Of a stretch of DNA of 61,770 bases, positions 1 through 9,452 are shown in pieces (position 1 is the stretch's first letter; each line of letters opens with the position of its first letter). The notes below the pieces were generated by a model that ran no database searches, was not told where the DNA came from, and saw only the letters and a program-made list of their open reading frames with translations. The translations under genes were made by a program, and so were the position numbers. Location of the stretch: positions 1 through 61,770 of the IMG/VR virus record IMGVR_UViG_3300035438_000760. One strand, given 5' to 3'. This DNA comes from a virus. Its lineage: Duplodnaviria > Caudoviricetes.

Positions 1-884
1 CTACAGGTGCTACAGGTGCTACAGGTGCTACAGGTGCTACAGGTGCTACAGGTGCTACAGGAGCGACTGGTGCAACAGGTTCTGCTGGTGCGATGTCTGA
101 GATTGACGCACAAACCTTCTCAAGTTCAACTACTTACACAATCCCTGCCACATCAAAACTGATTGTCGTTGAGTGTATCGGTGCTGGTGGCGGCGGTGGT
201 TCAGGTCGGCGTGGCGGACCTCAAGCAGGTGGTGGCGGCGGTGGTGGTGCGTGGGAACGCTTGTCTATCCCCGTGTCGGAACTTGGTGGTGCTGGAGCGT
301 CTGTGACGGTCACTATTGGTGCGGGCGGTGCTGGTGCGCCACGAGCAACAGTAGATGGCAACGGTAGTTCAGGTTCTAAAGGCGGTAACTCACGCTTCGG
401 CACATTCTATTTCTCAGGTGCTATGGCTGGTAACGGTGGTGGTTCGGGTGGTGCTGGTGAGCGTGGTATGGGGTATACGGGTGGCTTAGCGATGACTGTT
501 GGTTCTGAGTTTGGAACTGGTGGTCGTGCGGCACTTGTTGCTCGTAAAGGTTGGCGTGGTGGTGGTGGCGGTGGTGCTGGTGGATATGCTGGTGCGAGTT
601 CTGAAAGTGACCCACCACTTGCTACTACTGGTCAAACCTATGTCGCAACAACTGGTGGTGGTGGTATTGCTGGAACTGGTGACGGTGGCAACGGCACAGC
701 AGGTGGAACATCACAAGGTGGCGGTGGTGGTTCTAATGGAACATCAAATATGGGTGGTAACGGTGGCAACGGTGGAAACGCTGGTGGTGGTGGTGCTGGC
801 GGTGGTTCGTCAGCAACTCTCATCAACTCCGGCGCAGGTGGTGCTGGCGGAGACGCACAAATTAAGATATGGGTGTTCGGATGA
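1..884 (+). CDS. 3' part of collagen-repeat / glycine-rich tail fibre protein (continues from 60869 across the circular junction)
   Basis: GGTGCTACA (Gly-Ala-Thr) repeats run in frame into the Gly-rich ORF 93..884; the same sequence is at the window end. Confidence 0.75.
   Translation, partial: TGATGATGATGATGATGATGATGATGSAGAMSEIDAQTFSSSTTYTIPATSKLIVVECIGAGGGGGSGRRGGPQAGGGGGGGAWERLSIPVSELGGAGASVTVTIGAGGAGAPRATVDGNGSSGSKGGNSRFGTFYFSGAMAGNGGGSGGAGERGMGYTGGLAMTVGSEFGTGGRAALVARKGWRGGGGGGAGGYAGASSESDPPLATTGQTYVATTGGGGIAGTGDGGNGTAGGTSQGGGGGSNGTSNMGGNGGNGGNAGGGGAGGGSSATLINSGAGGAGGDAQIKIWVFG
15..139. repeat. Terminal overlap, identical to 61646-61770 (circular assembly / terminal redundancy)
   Basis: 125-nt direct match between window start and end; the start has extra GGTGCTACA copies upstream. 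Confidence 0.9.
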
Positions 885-1072
885 GATGGCTTGAATTGAA
901 CGCCGACGGCGTTGTCGTAAACATTTCTATTTGGAATGGTGTCACCCCATATTCGCCCGCAGGTATCACACAACTTTTACCGTGTGCAGATAACGCTGGC
1001 GTGTCGTTCGGTTGGCAACTCGTTGACGGTGTATGGCAAGCCCCTGTTGAAAACCTATTAGAAGAGAGTTAA
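881..1072 (+). CDS. Small protein after tail fibre (possible fibre assembly chaperone)
   Basis: ATGA overlap with the fibre stop; VVVNISIW...GWQLVDGVWQAP pattern. Confidence 0.5.
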   Translation: MRWLELNADGVVVNISIWNGVTPYSPAGITQLLPCADNAGVSFGWQLVDGVWQAPVENLLEES

Positions 1073-1075
1073 CCA

Positions 1076-1657
1076 ATGACCACCTATCCCGTACTCCCAA
1101 TCATTATGCCTAGCGATCTTGCTGGTGCGAAGAATGGTGAACTGAACCCTGCCTTGCTTCGTGGCATTAAGGCTCCGAACGGCAAGTTGCATCATCTTGC
1201 CGCTACGGCTTGGAATTGCATGCAGTTAGCGGCGTACTTTGATGGGATTGAGTTGAAGCATGTTGGTGCTTACCGTCCGTTGACGGAACAGGTGAAGTTG
1301 TTTAATTCTCGTTATGCGTTATCGCCAACGGGTCGTAAACCGCAGGTCACGCGCACCTATCAGGGTAAGACTTGGTATTTGAAAAAGGGCATGGCACCAG
1401 CAGGCACCCCCGCTACCAGTAATCATGGCATCGGACTCGCGATAGATATTGCCTCATGCGAGGGTAAGCGTTTGGCGTGGTTGCTTGGCGATTCGTTTGC
1501 TACCAGTAACGCTCTTAAATACGGGTTCACATGGGAAGTTGCAGACTCTAAAAATCCAAACTTTGAGGCATGGCATCTGCGTTATGTTTGTGGCGACAAG
1601 TTGCCACAAGCGGTGCTGGATGCTTTGGTCGCTTTCCCAACTTTGAATGCGAACTGA
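1076..1657 (+). CDS. Endolysin, peptidase M15 (VanY-like) family
   Basis: YR..Q, SNHGIGLAID and EAWH zinc-peptidase motifs. Confidence 0.85.
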   Translation: MTTYPVLPIIMPSDLAGAKNGELNPALLRGIKAPNGKLHHLAATAWNCMQLAAYFDGIELKHVGAYRPLTEQVKLFNSRYALSPTGRKPQVTRTYQGKTWYLKKGMAPAGTPATSNHGIGLAIDIASCEGKRLAWLLGDSFATSNALKYGFTWEVADSKNPNFEAWHLRYVCGDKLPQAVLDALVAFPTLNAN

Positions 1658-1660
1658 GTT

Positions 1661-1858
1661 GTGGATCTCGTCTGGGTACCCATTGCCGTAGCGTTAATCG
1701 GCGGTCCTGTCATGTGGTTTCTGCAACGGTTTGATAAGCGGAATACGCAACAACACGGGTCAAACATGAAAGTTCTGGAGCGCATTGAATCCAAGGTAGA
1801 CCAAGTTGACGAACGGATTTCGGGTCATATTGATTGGCATGCTCACAAAGACAAGTAG
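1661..1858 (+). CDS. Single-TM membrane protein with coiled coil (lysis accessory / holin-like)
   Basis: Hydrophobic N-terminal helix, then a coiled coil; directly after the endolysin. Confidence 0.55.
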   Translation: MDLVWVPIAVALIGGPVMWFLQRFDKRNTQQHGSNMKVLERIESKVDQVDERISGHIDWHAHKDK

Positions 1859-1920
1859 GGTTTTGTTACTGTGGTGATGCGAATACCACTATTGGGGTAG
1901 CGTTCACTGCGGAGGTAACG

Positions 1921-2184
1921 ATGAGCGAACTTTTGAAGAAGTTGAATCAGGCTGGGACTACAAAAATTTCTCGGTGTGGTGTTGCTTTGTTGAAAGCAAG
2001 TTTGGATCCTGCTGAGTGGGATCAGGTTGCTGTCATTATTGACGGGATGCGAAACGATCGTTTGCGGGCTACGGCTCAAGGGCATACGGCTGTTTGGTTG
2101 TCTGGTGTTCTTAAAGAGCATGGGCATTCGGTTTCTCTTCATACGGTTCAACGACATATACGGAAGGCGTGTGCTTGTGAGTGA
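1921..2184 (+). CDS. Hypothetical protein, possible HTH with Cys/His residues
   Basis: GGAGG RBS before ATG; overlaps the next gene. Confidence 0.55.
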   Translation: MSELLKKLNQAGTTKISRCGVALLKASLDPAEWDQVAVIIDGMRNDRLRATAQGHTAVWLSGVLKEHGHSVSLHTVQRHIRKACACE

Positions 2185-3343
2185 TCTTTCTGAGGCGTTA
2201 ACTAATCCGCCGAAGCCGATGCGAGAGCGTCTTGGTGCTTTGGCTGAGTTGTTGGAGCGGTCTGGTATTGATATTGATGAGATTGGCAATGTCCAACGGG
2301 TCAATGTGTATCAGGGGTTCTATAAGGATGAGAACGGTGAAGCGCACACGGTTGACATGCATGGCATCGTGTTGTCGCCTAAGTGGGGCGACGCTCCTGA
2401 ATATCCTGTGGTTCAGCCTGCCGCGCCTACGGTGGTTCGCCCTGTCAAGATCCAGTCCAGTAAGCGGACTAGCAAGTTGACGGTCATTTTGCCTGATCCC
2501 CAGATTGGTTACCGCCGTCTGGATTCTGGTGAGATGTTGACGATGCATGATGAGGATGCGATAGATGTGGCGTTGCAGATTTGTCGTTCTGTCCGTCCAG
2601 ATGCCATCGTGAACTTGGGTGACTTCTTGGATCTCCCAGAGTGGTCTTCTAAGTTTTTGGTTTTGCCAGAGTTTGTGTTGACGACTCAGCCTTCGGTTGA
2701 TCGTGCCCACCTATTTTTGGCTCAACAGAGGGCTATTGCTCCTGATGCGACGATCAGTTTGTTGGCTGGTAACCATGATGATCGGCTGGGGAAGCATGTG
2801 GCTAAGAACGCTATGGCGGCTTTGCGGTTGCGTAGGGCTGGTTTGCCGAATGAGTTGCCTGTGTTGTCGCTTCAGTATTTGTTGCGGTTGGAGGAGTTGG
2901 GTGTGTCGTATGTGTCTGGGTATCCCGCTGGTCGGATCCAGATTGCTAAAGGCGGATATGGTCAAACCCCCCTATATGCCATTCATGGGGAGAAACTGGA
3001 CATCTCTAAGGTTGCTCGTGAGGAACGCCAATCGTTCGTTCAGGGGCACATTCACCGTCAAGCAATGCATGCGATGACCTATGAGGTTCGGGGTGAGCCG
3101 GAGACAGTTTTGGCTTTCTCGCCGGGTTGTCTGTGTCGGATTGATGGTGGTGTTCCCAGCACCAAGTCGGCTGTTGACGAGAGGGGTGTTCCTGTGGTCA
3201 GATGGGAAGCATGGCAACAAGGAATAGCGGTCGTGGAGGAATGCGACGATGGGTTTTATCATGTGGAAATTGTTCCTATTTTTCATGGGCGGGCTGTCTA
3301 CAGAGGGAAGCAGTATGAGGCTCGTAAAGATTCTGTGGGATGA
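2177..3343 (+). CDS. Calcineurin-like metallophosphoesterase
   Basis: DPQ, NLGD, GNHD, HG and GHIH motifs; likely GTG start at 2177. Confidence 0.85.
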   Translation: MSDLSEALTNPPKPMRERLGALAELLERSGIDIDEIGNVQRVNVYQGFYKDENGEAHTVDMHGIVLSPKWGDAPEYPVVQPAAPTVVRPVKIQSSKRTSKLTVILPDPQIGYRRLDSGEMLTMHDEDAIDVALQICRSVRPDAIVNLGDFLDLPEWSSKFLVLPEFVLTTQPSVDRAHLFLAQQRAIAPDATISLLAGNHDDRLGKHVAKNAMAALRLRRAGLPNELPVLSLQYLLRLEELGVSYVSGYPAGRIQIAKGGYGQTPLYAIHGEKLDISKVAREERQSFVQGHIHRQAMHAMTYEVRGEPETVLAFSPGCLCRIDGGVPSTKSAVDERGVPVVRWEAWQQGIAVVEECDDGFYHVEIVPIFHGRAVYRGKQYEARKDSVG

Positions 3344-3548
3344 CGCTTATTCGTTGCCTGATGATTGGCACGAGTTGCCGTTGGCTCCGCCTGAGACTCG
3401 TCCTATGACGACTGTTGGGTTCATTGTTTCTGAGTCTAAGTGGGGTGTGGCTGTTGCTCATACGCATGATCCCGATGGTGAGACTTGTGCTGGTGTGATT
3501 GTGATTCCTAAAGGGATGATCCGTAAGATCACTGATTTAGTTGCGTGA
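3315..3548 (+). CDS. Small phage protein (WxDA...TVGF type)
   Basis: MRLVKILWDDA...TVGFIV...VIPKGMIRKI pattern. Confidence 0.6.
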   Translation: MRLVKILWDDAYSLPDDWHELPLAPPETRPMTTVGFIVSESKWGVAVAHTHDPDGETCAGVIVIPKGMIRKITDLVA

Positions 3549-3678
3549 CTATTACTGTTGGGAATGCGATCTTGATTGGCGGGGTAGTAAGCATTGTCCT
3601 GTGTGTGGTGGTTTGGGTGAGGAACAGGATGACTTCCCACTAAACACCGTTCAAGACGATGTTGACTAGCATACGGTT

Positions 3679-4365
3679 GTGGATTTTGACCTGACTGAGT
3701 TAGAGAAGAAGATGTCGCCGTCTGAGGCGGGTCGTTACGCCGCTGAGATGCGATGGCGTACTCATTCTGGTATGGCTTTGCCCGCTGGTGCAAACACTGT
3801 TTTGTTGCCTGACCGTTTGAATCGTGCTACTGACAACATGTTGGCTAAGGGTGGCAGTGTTTCTCACTTGGGTTTGAACGAGAGCGATGCTGTTTTGCGT
3901 GGTGCGATGATGATGGTGGAGCGCACTTTTAGTGAGGCTCGTATGAATCAGCGGGATTACGAGTTGAATGTGCATGCTCAGAAGTCGTGGCAGGAGGCTC
4001 GTAAGGATCCTTCGGCGATGCTTCATGTGGTTCGTGTTGGTCGCAATATTGCGGCGGTTGCGGTTACGGTTCGTCCGAATGATGCGACGGTGGAGATTCG
4101 GCATTTGAGTTCTACTGGGGTGTTGAAGGGTGCTGGTTCGGCTTTGTTGGGGTCAATTATTAAGAAGGGTGTGAAGGGTGGGCGTACTACTTTTCGGGTT
4201 ACGCCGTCTGAGGAATCTAAGTCTTTTTGGGATGAGTATGGTTTTAGCGGTGCTGTTTATGACCAGTTGGGTAATCCTGATGGGTCGCAGGATTTGGTTG
4301 TGAAGCCTGAGTGGTTGCGTGTTGTAAAGGCTAATTTTGATTCTTCAACGGAAGGTACAGAGTGA
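3679..4365 (+). CDS. Tagged cargo protein with C-terminal GNAT acetyltransferase-like domain
   Basis: EKKMSPSEAGRYAAEMRW tag; KGAGSALL acetyl-CoA motif A and SFWDEYGF motif B. Confidence 0.65.
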   Translation: MDFDLTELEKKMSPSEAGRYAAEMRWRTHSGMALPAGANTVLLPDRLNRATDNMLAKGGSVSHLGLNESDAVLRGAMMMVERTFSEARMNQRDYELNVHAQKSWQEARKDPSAMLHVVRVGRNIAAVAVTVRPNDATVEIRHLSSTGVLKGAGSALLGSIIKKGVKGGRTTFRVTPSEESKSFWDEYGFSGAVYDQLGNPDGSQDLVVKPEWLRVVKANFDSSTEGTE

Positions 4366-5492
4366 ACAAGTCATTGGAAAATGTGTTGAAGGCTTTGGAG
4401 CAGGACGCTTTGGCGTTTTGTTCGGAGTCGGATTGGGCGATCGTTGTCGCTGAATGCGAGAGGGCTGGGAATGTTCGTCGTGTTTCTAAGTCGGCTCAGG
4501 TGATTTTGGAGAAGGCTATGTCTCGTTCTGAGGCTGGTCGGTTTGCGGCTGAACAGCGTTGGAAGAATCATGTGAAGGAGGGTGATGGTAGCGGAGGGAG
4601 AATTCCCAATCCGCCCGGGTCGTCGGTTCGTGGCACAAGATCTGCTTTTAAGACTCCAGAATCTAAGGCTAATGCTAAAAAAATGATGCGAGACGCATTG
4701 TTATACGGTGGGTATAACGGTATAGAAGTTGCTGAAATTTTGACTGGCAGAGGAAATAACATTGCCAAAAAACAAAGTCGCAGGTGGTTGAAGTTGTATG
4801 GCTTTACGGACGGTCAAATACGAGAGTTTGTTGGCAGAGACACCGTTGAAACAAGTGGCAGTGGAACTCCTAAAGAGAAATACTCGCCAGTGCAATACCA
4901 AGCGGTTCGGGATGCGATACCTCAAATCAGTGCGGACAATGCTAAGAAGTTGACTCAGTATCTTGCTGATAATGATCTTCTTGGTGGTACTGCTGGGATG
5001 ACTCCTCAGCAGATGCTTGATAAGTGGGTGCCTCATTTGGATCGTGCTTTGGGTGGTAGCGAGACTGCAACTCCTAAAACGGCACCAGTAAAAAGTGGTG
5101 GTGAACGGGGTTCGGGTTCGTTTGATGATGGAACACCTTTTCATGGTAAGTTTTCAAGCCCGACAAACAATGACGGCGAAGGCGACGGCACTTTAGGTAC
5201 CAGCCGTGTTAACCATCCTGTTTACAAAACACCGAAGTATAAGGCTGAAGTGAAAGCGGCGGCTCTGTACCAGTTGCATAACGAGATCGTAAAAATGCAT
5301 CGGCAGGCAGGCAAACAAATTCCAAATTCTGCCAAGCCTTACATGGATGCTCTAAATTCGTTGTCAAATGTCAACGAAATGTACGGCATGGACTCTGGCA
5401 AATCCATTGTTGCTTACACCATTAGCAATATTAAATTTTTTGGTGAGCAAGGCAAAGCGTTAAAAGCGGAGTTGTCCGCTCGGTTGAAATAA
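4362..5492 (+). CDS. Tagged multi-domain cargo protein, unknown function
   Basis: Shared ~50-aa leader plus EKAMSRSEAGRFAAEQRWKNH; several domains separated by low-complexity linkers. Confidence 0.7.
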   Translation: MNKSLENVLKALEQDALAFCSESDWAIVVAECERAGNVRRVSKSAQVILEKAMSRSEAGRFAAEQRWKNHVKEGDGSGGRIPNPPGSSVRGTRSAFKTPESKANAKKMMRDALLYGGYNGIEVAEILTGRGNNIAKKQSRRWLKLYGFTDGQIREFVGRDTVETSGSGTPKEKYSPVQYQAVRDAIPQISADNAKKLTQYLADNDLLGGTAGMTPQQMLDKWVPHLDRALGGSETATPKTAPVKSGGERGSGSFDDGTPFHGKFSSPTNNDGEGDGTLGTSRVNHPVYKTPKYKAEVKAAALYQLHNEIVKMHRQAGKQIPNSAKPYMDALNSLSNVNEMYGMDSGKSIVAYTISNIKFFGEQGKALKAELSARLK

Positions 5493-5520
5493 TCTCTCTC
5501 ACTATTTAAAGGAAACAGTC

Positions 5521-6462
5521 ATGCGACAAGGTTTGGAATCAGTTTTAAAAATGTTGGAGCCGTTTGCTCTCGGATTTTGTTCCGATAGTGAGTGGTCTGA
5601 TGTGGTTGCTGAGTGCGAATATGTTGGTGGTGTTTCTGGTGTGTCGGTTTCGGCTCAAAGGATTTTGGCTAAGGCGGAGTTTGGTTCTCGTTCGGAGGCT
5701 GGTCGTTATGCGGCATTACAGCGTTGGAAGACCCATATCCCTGTTGACGATGTAATCACCGCTTACCCTAATGCGAAACCTGCTGTGGCTGTTGGGGAAC
5801 CGTTCCCTCCTCCTCCTACGCCAGATACTGAACCTGATCCTAAGTATGGTGAGGAAAGCATTCGTCTGGCTAGAGAACTTCGTGCCAAATCGGTGCTTCT
5901 TGAACCTGAAGTTACAAACATGATTTTGGCGGTTGCTCAAAAGACTGGTGCCGAAACGCCTGACCTTAAACATCGTTTGAAGGCAACAGGTAGTCTTGCT
6001 CGCAAGATCCATAATGAGGGTATGGCTGAACATGACGGTGATTTTGTTAAGTCTGCTGAGGGTATCTCAGATGCGATTCGTTACACAATGGTGATTGATG
6101 ATGATAACTATTTGGGTGCGGCTCAGCAGATTATTAAGGATTTTGAGTCCAGTGGATACAAGATTCGTAACAAAAACTTTTGGCAGACGGGCGATCCTTT
6201 TGATGCGATGACTTTAAAGTTGTCTAAGGACGGGGTTACTACTGAGTTGCAGATGTTGACTCCTGCGGCGAAGAAAGCCAAGGAACTGAATCATCCGTTG
6301 TATGAGATTTATCGTGATCCTTCTACACCGATGCTCACTCGGATGAGTGCTTGGAAAAAAATGGTTGATGTAGCCAAGTTAACGCCTCGTCCGTTAGGCT
6401 ATTCCTTATTGTTAACACTTGGAACTTTGGTTCTTCAAAAACCTGATTGGGCGTTGATGTGA
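5521..6462 (+). CDS. Tagged cargo protein with RelA/SpoT-like nucleotidyltransferase domain
   Basis: AKAEFGSRSEAGRYAALQRW tag; RLK..SL.RK, DAIRYT, ELQ and H.LYE.YR motifs. Confidence 0.7.
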   Translation: MRQGLESVLKMLEPFALGFCSDSEWSDVVAECEYVGGVSGVSVSAQRILAKAEFGSRSEAGRYAALQRWKTHIPVDDVITAYPNAKPAVAVGEPFPPPPTPDTEPDPKYGEESIRLARELRAKSVLLEPEVTNMILAVAQKTGAETPDLKHRLKATGSLARKIHNEGMAEHDGDFVKSAEGISDAIRYTMVIDDDNYLGAAQQIIKDFESSGYKIRNKNFWQTGDPFDAMTLKLSKDGVTTELQMLTPAAKKAKELNHPLYEIYRDPSTPMLTRMSAWKKMVDVAKLTPRPLGYSLLLTLGTLVLQKPDWALM

Positions 6463-6659
6463 GATATTTTGCGAGTGATCTTGATGGGCGACCGAACACG
6501 CTGTACCGTTTTGATGTTTCGGGTTCTGACATTGTTGAGGAAAAGTGGACGGGCGTTGATTGGGTTCCGTCTAATGTGCCGTCTGAACATTTGGTTGAGG
6601 GTCAGCACGATATTTGGGAGTTGTCGTATGAGACGGCAAGGAAATTTTTCCCTATTTAA
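6459..6659 (+). CDS. Small acidic protein, candidate immunity partner of the RelA/SpoT-like domain
   Basis: GTGA translational coupling to the upstream stop; 66 aa. Confidence 0.55.
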   Translation: MRYFASDLDGRPNTLYRFDVSGSDIVEEKWTGVDWVPSNVPSEHLVEGQHDIWELSYETARKFFPI

Positions 6660-6726
6660 TTTTGTGAGTGCGAATCTTTGACTTAACCATCGTGTAGTAT
6701 CTCGTCAAGCCTAACGAGGAGGAAAA

Positions 6727-7386
6727 ATGGCAGACATGATGAAAGACTATGTGGAGGTTGCGGAGCGTATCCGTATCTTCCGTGAGAAGTACCCAGAGGG
6801 TTCGTTGCAACCAATGAATCTGGAGAAGCCTTACGAGATTGTGACGGTCGGGGAGAAGACTTTCATTGTCTATTTTGCCGCCGCTTACCGTACTCCCGAC
6901 GATCAGCGACCCGGCATTGGCAGTGCATGGGAGCCGGTTCCCGGTGCTACCAGTTTTACACGCCTGTCCGAACTGATGGTGTGTGAAACCTCGGCTTGGG
7001 GACGCGCAATTGTTGCTGTTTTGGCGGCGGATGCGAAAAAGGTTGCCACGATTGATGAGGTTCGGAATCGTGCGGAGGCTCCTGTTCGTGCAGTTGCACC
7101 AAAGCCAATTGCTAAGGTTGTCGCTCCTAAGCCGTCTGCTGATGAGCCACAGGAATGGGTTGCACCTAAGCAGGTGATCGTTGAACAAACGGAAAAGAAT
7201 GAGGCAAGCATCCATGCTATCGCTGAGTTGGCGAAGCAGGCGGGCATCGCTTCCAAAGAGGAAATGCGGGAGTATTGCTCAATGGTGATTGACCGTGACA
7301 TTGCTTCGTCGTTGGATTTGTCGGCTGAGGATCGGGTGAAAGTCATCATGGCTCTTCGTGAACTGGTCATGGATCCCAAAGAGTGA
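6727..7386 (+). CDS. Putative ssDNA-annealing protein (Rad52/Sak-like)
   Basis: DYVEVAERI...ETSAWGRA pattern; sits upstream of replication genes. Confidence 0.55.
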   Translation: MADMMKDYVEVAERIRIFREKYPEGSLQPMNLEKPYEIVTVGEKTFIVYFAAAYRTPDDQRPGIGSAWEPVPGATSFTRLSELMVCETSAWGRAIVAVLAADAKKVATIDEVRNRAEAPVRAVAPKPIAKVVAPKPSADEPQEWVAPKQVIVEQTEKNEASIHAIAELAKQAGIASKEEMREYCSMVIDRDIASSLDLSAEDRVKVIMALRELVMDPKE

Positions 7387-8126
7387 GTATCAGGGTCATG
7401 TCATCCATTTGGGAACTTGACCTGCCACCATCTGAGAAGTTAGTTCTTTTGGTCATTGCGGATCATGCCGATGATGATGGTGGGAACGCGTACCCTAGCG
7501 TGGCTCGGATTGCTCGTCGGGCTTCTATTTCTGAGCGTCAAACTCAACGGGTGATCCGTCAGTTATGCGATGACGGGTTTCTGATTGTGGAGGATCGTTT
7601 GGGTGGTGGTGTGGATTGGCGGAGTGATCGTCGCCCTAATCGGTATCAGATTATCGGGGTGTCATCAGCGTCATCTCGTGGTGGTCACGGGGTGACATCT
7701 GTGCGTCACGAGGTGACACTGGGGGGCTCACGAGGTGACATACAGGGCACTCACGAGGTGACACCCATGTCACCCTATACATCCATAGAACCATCCATAG
7801 AACCATCCATAGAAATATCTTGTGCAGAATCGCTTTGTGAGTTGTTAGCGGACTCGTGGGCTTCGTTGAGTTCTGGTGTGAAAAGACCGAAGGTGACGAA
7901 GGCGTGGGTTGATGAGATGGATCGGATGATGCGACTTGATGGTCGTGATGCTGGTTTGGTTGAGGAGGTTTTGAGGTGGTTGCCGTCTGACAGTTTTTGG
8001 TCGGTGAATGTTGGGTCGCCTGTGAAGTTGAGGAAGCATTTTGATCGGTTGATTTTGCAGATGCGAAAGACTGATCGCAGTAGTCGGTTTTCTGGTATTG
8101 AGGAATTTCTTAAGGAGGAATTGTGA
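7383..8126 (+). CDS. Phage replication initiator with N-terminal wHTH
   Basis: EKLVLLVIADHADD...YPSVARIAR N-terminus; internal iteron-like repeats; followed by a helicase loader. Confidence 0.8.
   Translation: MSIRVMSSIWELDLPPSEKLVLLVIADHADDDGGNAYPSVARIARRASISERQTQRVIRQLCDDGFLIVEDRLGGGVDWRSDRRPNRYQIIGVSSASSRGGHGVTSVRHEVTLGGSRGDIQGTHEVTPMSPYTSIEPSIEPSIEISCAESLCELLADSWASLSSGVKRPKVTKAWVDEMDRMMRLDGRDAGLVEEVLRWLPSDSFWSVNVGSPVKLRKHFDRLILQMRKTDRSSRFSGIEEFLKEEL
7685..7813 (+). repeat. Iteron-like repeats (probable replication origin)
   Basis: TCACG(A/G)GGTGACA at 7685, 7706, 7728 and 7751; inverted TGTCAC at 7768; ATCCATAGAA x3 at 7781-7813. Confidence 0.7.
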
Positions 8127-8587
8127 TTAGGACTGAGACGGCAAGCATTGTGGGTGTGTTGGTGGCTGGTTTTCCGAGTGTGAAGATGAGTCGGGAAACG
8201 GTTGAGGTTTGGCATCGTGCTTTGCATGATTTGCCGTTTGAGGATGTGAAGGTTGCTGTTGAGAAGTTGTTGATGACTTCTGAGTGGTTCCCGACGATTG
8301 CTTTGATTCGTAAAGCGACTTTGGATGCGATGGGCATGTTGCCTATGTCGGCGGATGAGGCTTGGGTTGAGATTCTGGGTGCTATCAACGATCATGGTTA
8401 CGCTGGTTACCCCGAATTTTCGCCTCTCGTGCGTGAGGCGGTGTTGCAGGTGGGTTGGCGTGATATTTGCATGTCAACGCAACCTGAGGCGATTAGGAGG
8501 TCTTTCGTGAAGGCGTATGATGCGATTGCTTTGAAGCAGACCCATTTGGTTTTGACTGCACCACTGGAGTTGACAATGGGGGGATAG
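8123..8587 (+). CDS. Replicative helicase loader/inhibitor (G39P-like)
   Basis: VEVWHRALHDLPF...WFPTIALIR...ADEAW pattern; coupled to the initiator. Confidence 0.75.
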   Translation: MIRTETASIVGVLVAGFPSVKMSRETVEVWHRALHDLPFEDVKVAVEKLLMTSEWFPTIALIRKATLDAMGMLPMSADEAWVEILGAINDHGYAGYPEFSPLVREAVLQVGWRDICMSTQPEAIRRSFVKAYDAIALKQTHLVLTAPLELTMGG

Positions 8588-8820
8588 GAAATGTTGATCG
8601 GTGTTGAGGTTGTGGTTTAAGTTTTTTGTGGCAGGATCGTGATCCGTCTAAATGGAGAGATCATGTCGCAAGAGCAGGTTGAAATTTTGTTGAAGTATTT
8701 GTCAAGGTTGACTCCACGGGGTCGTGAAGAGGAGAAGGAATTATTGTGGGTGATGAGGTCATTGAGGGTTACGAAAGTGTCAGCGACACGCTAAAGTCTG
8801 CTCAACGAGAGGAGCCTTTA

Positions 8821-9078
8821 GTGGAATTCGGAACTGTAAATATTGGTGTGAAAGCCGAAAATGAAGATGACTTGTTGAGGCAGTGCGGTTTATTGACTGA
8901 CCAGATGCGAGATCATCAGTTGGCGATCAGCATGTTGAACGATCAGCGTCGGCGGATTGTTCGGCAGTTGCGGTCGTTTCGTGTGCCGTATCGGAAAATT
9001 GCTAATTCGGCTGGAGTGTCGGATCAAGCGTTGTATGCAGATTTGCGTAAGCATCCAGTAGAGGAGACTGCCAAGTGA
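8821..9078 (+). CDS. Small HTH DNA-binding protein
   Basis: VPYRKIANSAGVSDQALY helix-turn-helix; GAGGAG RBS. Confidence 0.6.
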   Translation: MEFGTVNIGVKAENEDDLLRQCGLLTDQMRDHQLAISMLNDQRRRIVRQLRSFRVPYRKIANSAGVSDQALYADLRKHPVEETAK

Positions 9079-9452
9079 ATAATTTGACCATTGTAGGGAA
9101 CATGGTTGCTCAACCTGAAGTGCGATTCACTCCGAGCGGGGTTGCTCAAGCAACTTTCCGTGTTGGTGTCAATCGTCGGTTTCAGTCCGCTGGTGAGTGG
9201 AAGTCTGAAGGGACTTTCTTTACCTGTGTGGCTTGGGCTGAATTGGCTGAAGCGGTCGCAGATGTGAATAAGGGTGACCGTGTGATCGTTGTCGGTCGGA
9301 TGGCTTGCCGTGAGTTTGAGTCCAATGGTGAGAAGCGCAAGGTTTGGGAGATCGCCGTTGAGGATCTTGGGCATAGTTTGAAGCCTTTGAAGTCGGCTAA
9401 GGCTCCAGAACAGGCTCGTGTTGTTGAATCTGAGGCTGAACAGCCGTTCTAA
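9075..9452 (+). CDS. ssb: Single-stranded DNA-binding protein
   Basis: NNLTIVGN...PEVRFTPSG...KGDRVIVVGR OB-fold; acidic C-terminus ending PF. Confidence 0.9.
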   Translation: MNNLTIVGNMVAQPEVRFTPSGVAQATFRVGVNRRFQSAGEWKSEGTFFTCVAWAELAEAVADVNKGDRVIVVGRMACREFESNGEKRKVWEIAVEDLGHSLKPLKSAKAPEQARVVESEAEQPF

